In this document: positions 61,201-64,000 of the stretch, in pieces
Layout: every line of letters starts with the position of its first letter
Position numbering within the stretch: the stretch's first letter is position 1
The notes under the pieces: model-generated
Told to the model about the DNA's origin: nothing
Databases searched by the model: none
Seen by the model: the letters and a program-made list of their open reading frames with translations, nothing else
From: Takakia lepidozioides
Lineage: Eukaryota; Plantae; Bryophyta
Reading direction: 5' to 3'
NCBI GenBank assembly: GCA_030704615.1
Contig: CM060733.1
Location: forward strand, 17,732,001 to 17,796,000
DNA: 64,000 nucleotides
Program-made: the position numbers and the translations under genes

Positions 61201-63257
61201 GTATGCGATGCCTTCACCTTTGCGATATCCTTTACTTACATTTCCATGGCAAAGTCTAGCAATGTCCTCAATAGGATTGTACGTGCTTAGATGGATTCAA
61301 ATACTGTTACTTTAATGCTATTGTGTTTGCGTTATTTCTTCAGCAATGGGTGTTGTGAACTGCTTTGGAGGTCTCAGATCATTGTGGTGCAGCCTTGTTA
61401 CGACTGGACACCAAGTTTTTCCAAAACCTCTCTGCAGCTTAAATTGAAGAATCTGTTGTGTTGCCGTCTGTGTTAGGAGTTGCCAAGCAGGGCCAAAAAT
61501 ATTCATTCGGCAGGATACAGCCATTTGGTAGCTTAGGAGTGCACATGCAGAGAAACCTGCAAGTTGTTCTCACTTGCTTCCAGTTTATCTAATTATTATT
61601 AAGATAACATGTAGTTGTGGTGAGAGAGAAGGAAGGTTATAACATCCACAGACATAGATAATGTACTCATAAGCTGTTGTTTGCTGTAGTCTTGTGGCTG
61701 TAGACCTGGTGCCCAGATTGGGAACCGACACTACCTTTGGTAGGGGCTCACTTGGGACTTGAGGTGATATACGATAAGTTAGGGCTTTCCAGATTTCCTC
61801 TAGAAAGCCCTTCACACAAGCATCAATCTGCTGTGTGTGAGCTGCTCAGCAAGTAGACCCCAACAGGGTGAGAGCTTTACAATCAGCCTGGAGTTTTTGA
61901 AAATTAGGGCACAGAGGTCCAGAGAGTATGTTCTTGATGGTCCTGAAGAGGGTTGCTCTTTGATGAGAATACCCCTTGCAGCTGGCACATTGGGCATTGG
62001 CGATTCCTCACATCTGTTTTTGTTCAATGGAAGACTGCCTGCCCTGAGTTTACATTTCAGTCCAGTGCCAAGGGTAGTTAGGCCCTTCAGATCATCCTTA
62101 AGGAGCACACAGAGAGAGGGAGAGAGAGCGTAGCTAAGGTTGACAGATTTCCCAAGGTTCTAATATGGTGTATGTTTTAAAACTTGATGTGGGGTGGTCT
62201 CATCTTCTGAGAGAGACTATTTAGTGAGGAACTTTGTAATGTCCACTGGAACCTCTGAAAGAAAGGATTGAGCTTAAGCGGTTATCTCTGCTGGCTTGCA
62301 AGGTGAATGTCATATCCAGGTTTTCATGGTTCTTCTTCTCCATTGCTTTGATGCCAGGTGGATGTTGCATATGCGCCTTTTATTGAACGGTTTGAACTTG
62401 CCCTCTCTGGGATTAAGAACTATGACATTACAGTTGGGCGACCAAACCTTACCAAGTGGATTGAGGTAAAGAATCTAGTCCTGCCAAAATCGTTGTTGAT
62501 AGATACTTCGTCTCTGAACATTTCTCTTTTTTCTCTCTTTCTAATGCTCATGGCTTTAATACAAGAAGGAAAATGCTCTCTTTTCTCTCTTCTTTTACAA
62601 TGTCCCCTTCTTTTGTTTCTTTTTCCGGCCCGCTGGACTAGAACCAAGTAATGCCTGGCCCATAGTTTCTGTTTGCATGTGGGCTCTATAACTGCCATGT
62701 CAAGCATCAGCTAACTGAACGATTGATCTCTTCTGTGAGTTCTTTCCAGCCCACACTTTCTGTGATGTTGCACTAGGAGTCAGCCTAAGGTCTTGAGAAT
62801 GGGGTACTGATGTGGGTGGGAGTATAGGCTGTGAATAAGGTGGAGGCATATACGACCACAAAAGTTGATCGCAACATTCTACTGGATTTGTACAAGAAAA
62901 TGCTGGTGAGCTGCCACTAATTTTGGAAGGTGCACATTAGAAAGATGTTTCTATGGATATTGATCTCATTTTGTCGCCTTGTAGTGCCATATGCGATATT
63001 GGAGAGAGAAGACCTGGCGGAGGTGGTGGTGGGGTGAGAGAGGGAGAGAGAGATGTTTTTATCCTGAGGGTTTCTTCATTCTGTTTGCTGAGCGTAGATA
63101 CATATAAACATGTTTGAGATTTTCATGGAGGGGACCTGTGCATGTAAGTTGTTTAAGAAGATATGTTGGGGGCTTGCAGGAAAATGCCTACTTCAAGAAG
63201 GTGGGCATAGTTGAGGACCAAACCCAAACCACCCCAGTACCTGTAGCTAGCACATAA
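58228..63257 (+). CDS. GSTL: Lambda-class glutathione S-transferase copy 2, canonical CPYA site, with transit-peptide-like N-terminus (11 exons)
   Basis: Exons 58228-58289 and 58791-58889 give an R/S-rich leader in frame with ...FDGTTRLYYSAKCPYAQRVWVAVNYK...; ends ENAYFKKVGIVEDQTQTTPVPVAST*. Confidence 0.95.
61680..62120 (-). mobile_element. LINE 3' fragment in a GSTL copy 2 intron
   Basis: LKCKLRAGSLPLNK; same intron position as in copy 1 but longer. Confidence 0.78.
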
Positions 63258-64000
63258 TTCAGATCTTTTGCTGGATTGAGTGGATTGTAGAAAGAAAGTA
63301 AAGTGGGGTGATCATAACCTCGTGGATATGAAAGATCATGGGGAGCTTGCTTTCAAAGGTGGTTTTTAGATAATACCCAGAATGAACTGGGATATGCGAC
63401 CAAACAATTAAGTTGCTTTAGTTAGAAGACCCCAAATATCGTACTTTTGGCCCCCGAGCCTGTGGCTTGTACTTGATTCTGTCTATATGTTGTGTAAAGA
63501 TGGTTAGCTAGCCATGCTAGCAAAAAGGAGATGGTTTCATGGGAAGAGTATTCTGGGCAGAATGTTTGTGGGAGAAGAAATTGTGAGACTGAAAAAGAAG
63601 GTAAGAAAATAGGGAATACAGATAATCATGACTCTTTGTAAACTTTTCACTTCCAAAACAAGTCAAAAGTCTTCGACCAGATTATCTCCCTCGAAGCCCA
63701 GGACATGTTTATCTCGACAATGTGGTGGATTCCACCACCCTCACCTCCCTCATCTGGAAGAGGCTTTACAAAATTGGTGGTTGCTGGCGTGATGGTCCCC
63801 GCATTCAGGCAAGGTGAATAGTTAGTCTTGGTATGCTGTGTAGCACTAGCAAGTGCTGCAGGCTTTGCATGTTTGTTATGGAGGTGGAGACAATGCCCAG
63901 ACAATGGCAAAGGAATTTTGGGATTCTTCCAATTTTTCCACCTCAGATTTGCATCCCAACTCATGCTGTTATGGCAGGAACAGGTAGCACTTTCCTGCAC

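Overview
Eukaryotic nuclear DNA from a land plant with flagellated sperm, probably a bryophyte or other seed-free plant (spliced genes, a CFAP77/FAP77-like axonemal gene, lambda GSTs, plant transposons). The first ~30 kb is transposon-rich. It holds a 3-exon DNA polymerase epsilon pseudogene fragment and an L1-type LINE interrupted by a ~5.7-kb repeat-flanked element. That element carries a divergent protein kinase gene followed by four back-to-back long imperfect fold-backs, and is the best candidate for an undescribed system. This region also has an internally deleted PIF/Harbinger element with TIRs and TAA TSD, fragments of LRR, VPS35 and OSB genes, a copia remnant and an orphan GC-AG intron gene. 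The 31-64 kb half is genic: an SP-rich orphan gene, CFAP77-like head-to-head with RCL1, and two tandem lambda-class GST paralogs separated by repeats and a non-autonomous Ty3/gypsy element. The first GSTL copy has an intact GST domain, but its catalytic Cys (CPxA) is replaced by Ser (SPFA). All exon models and homologies were read by eye; no searches were run.
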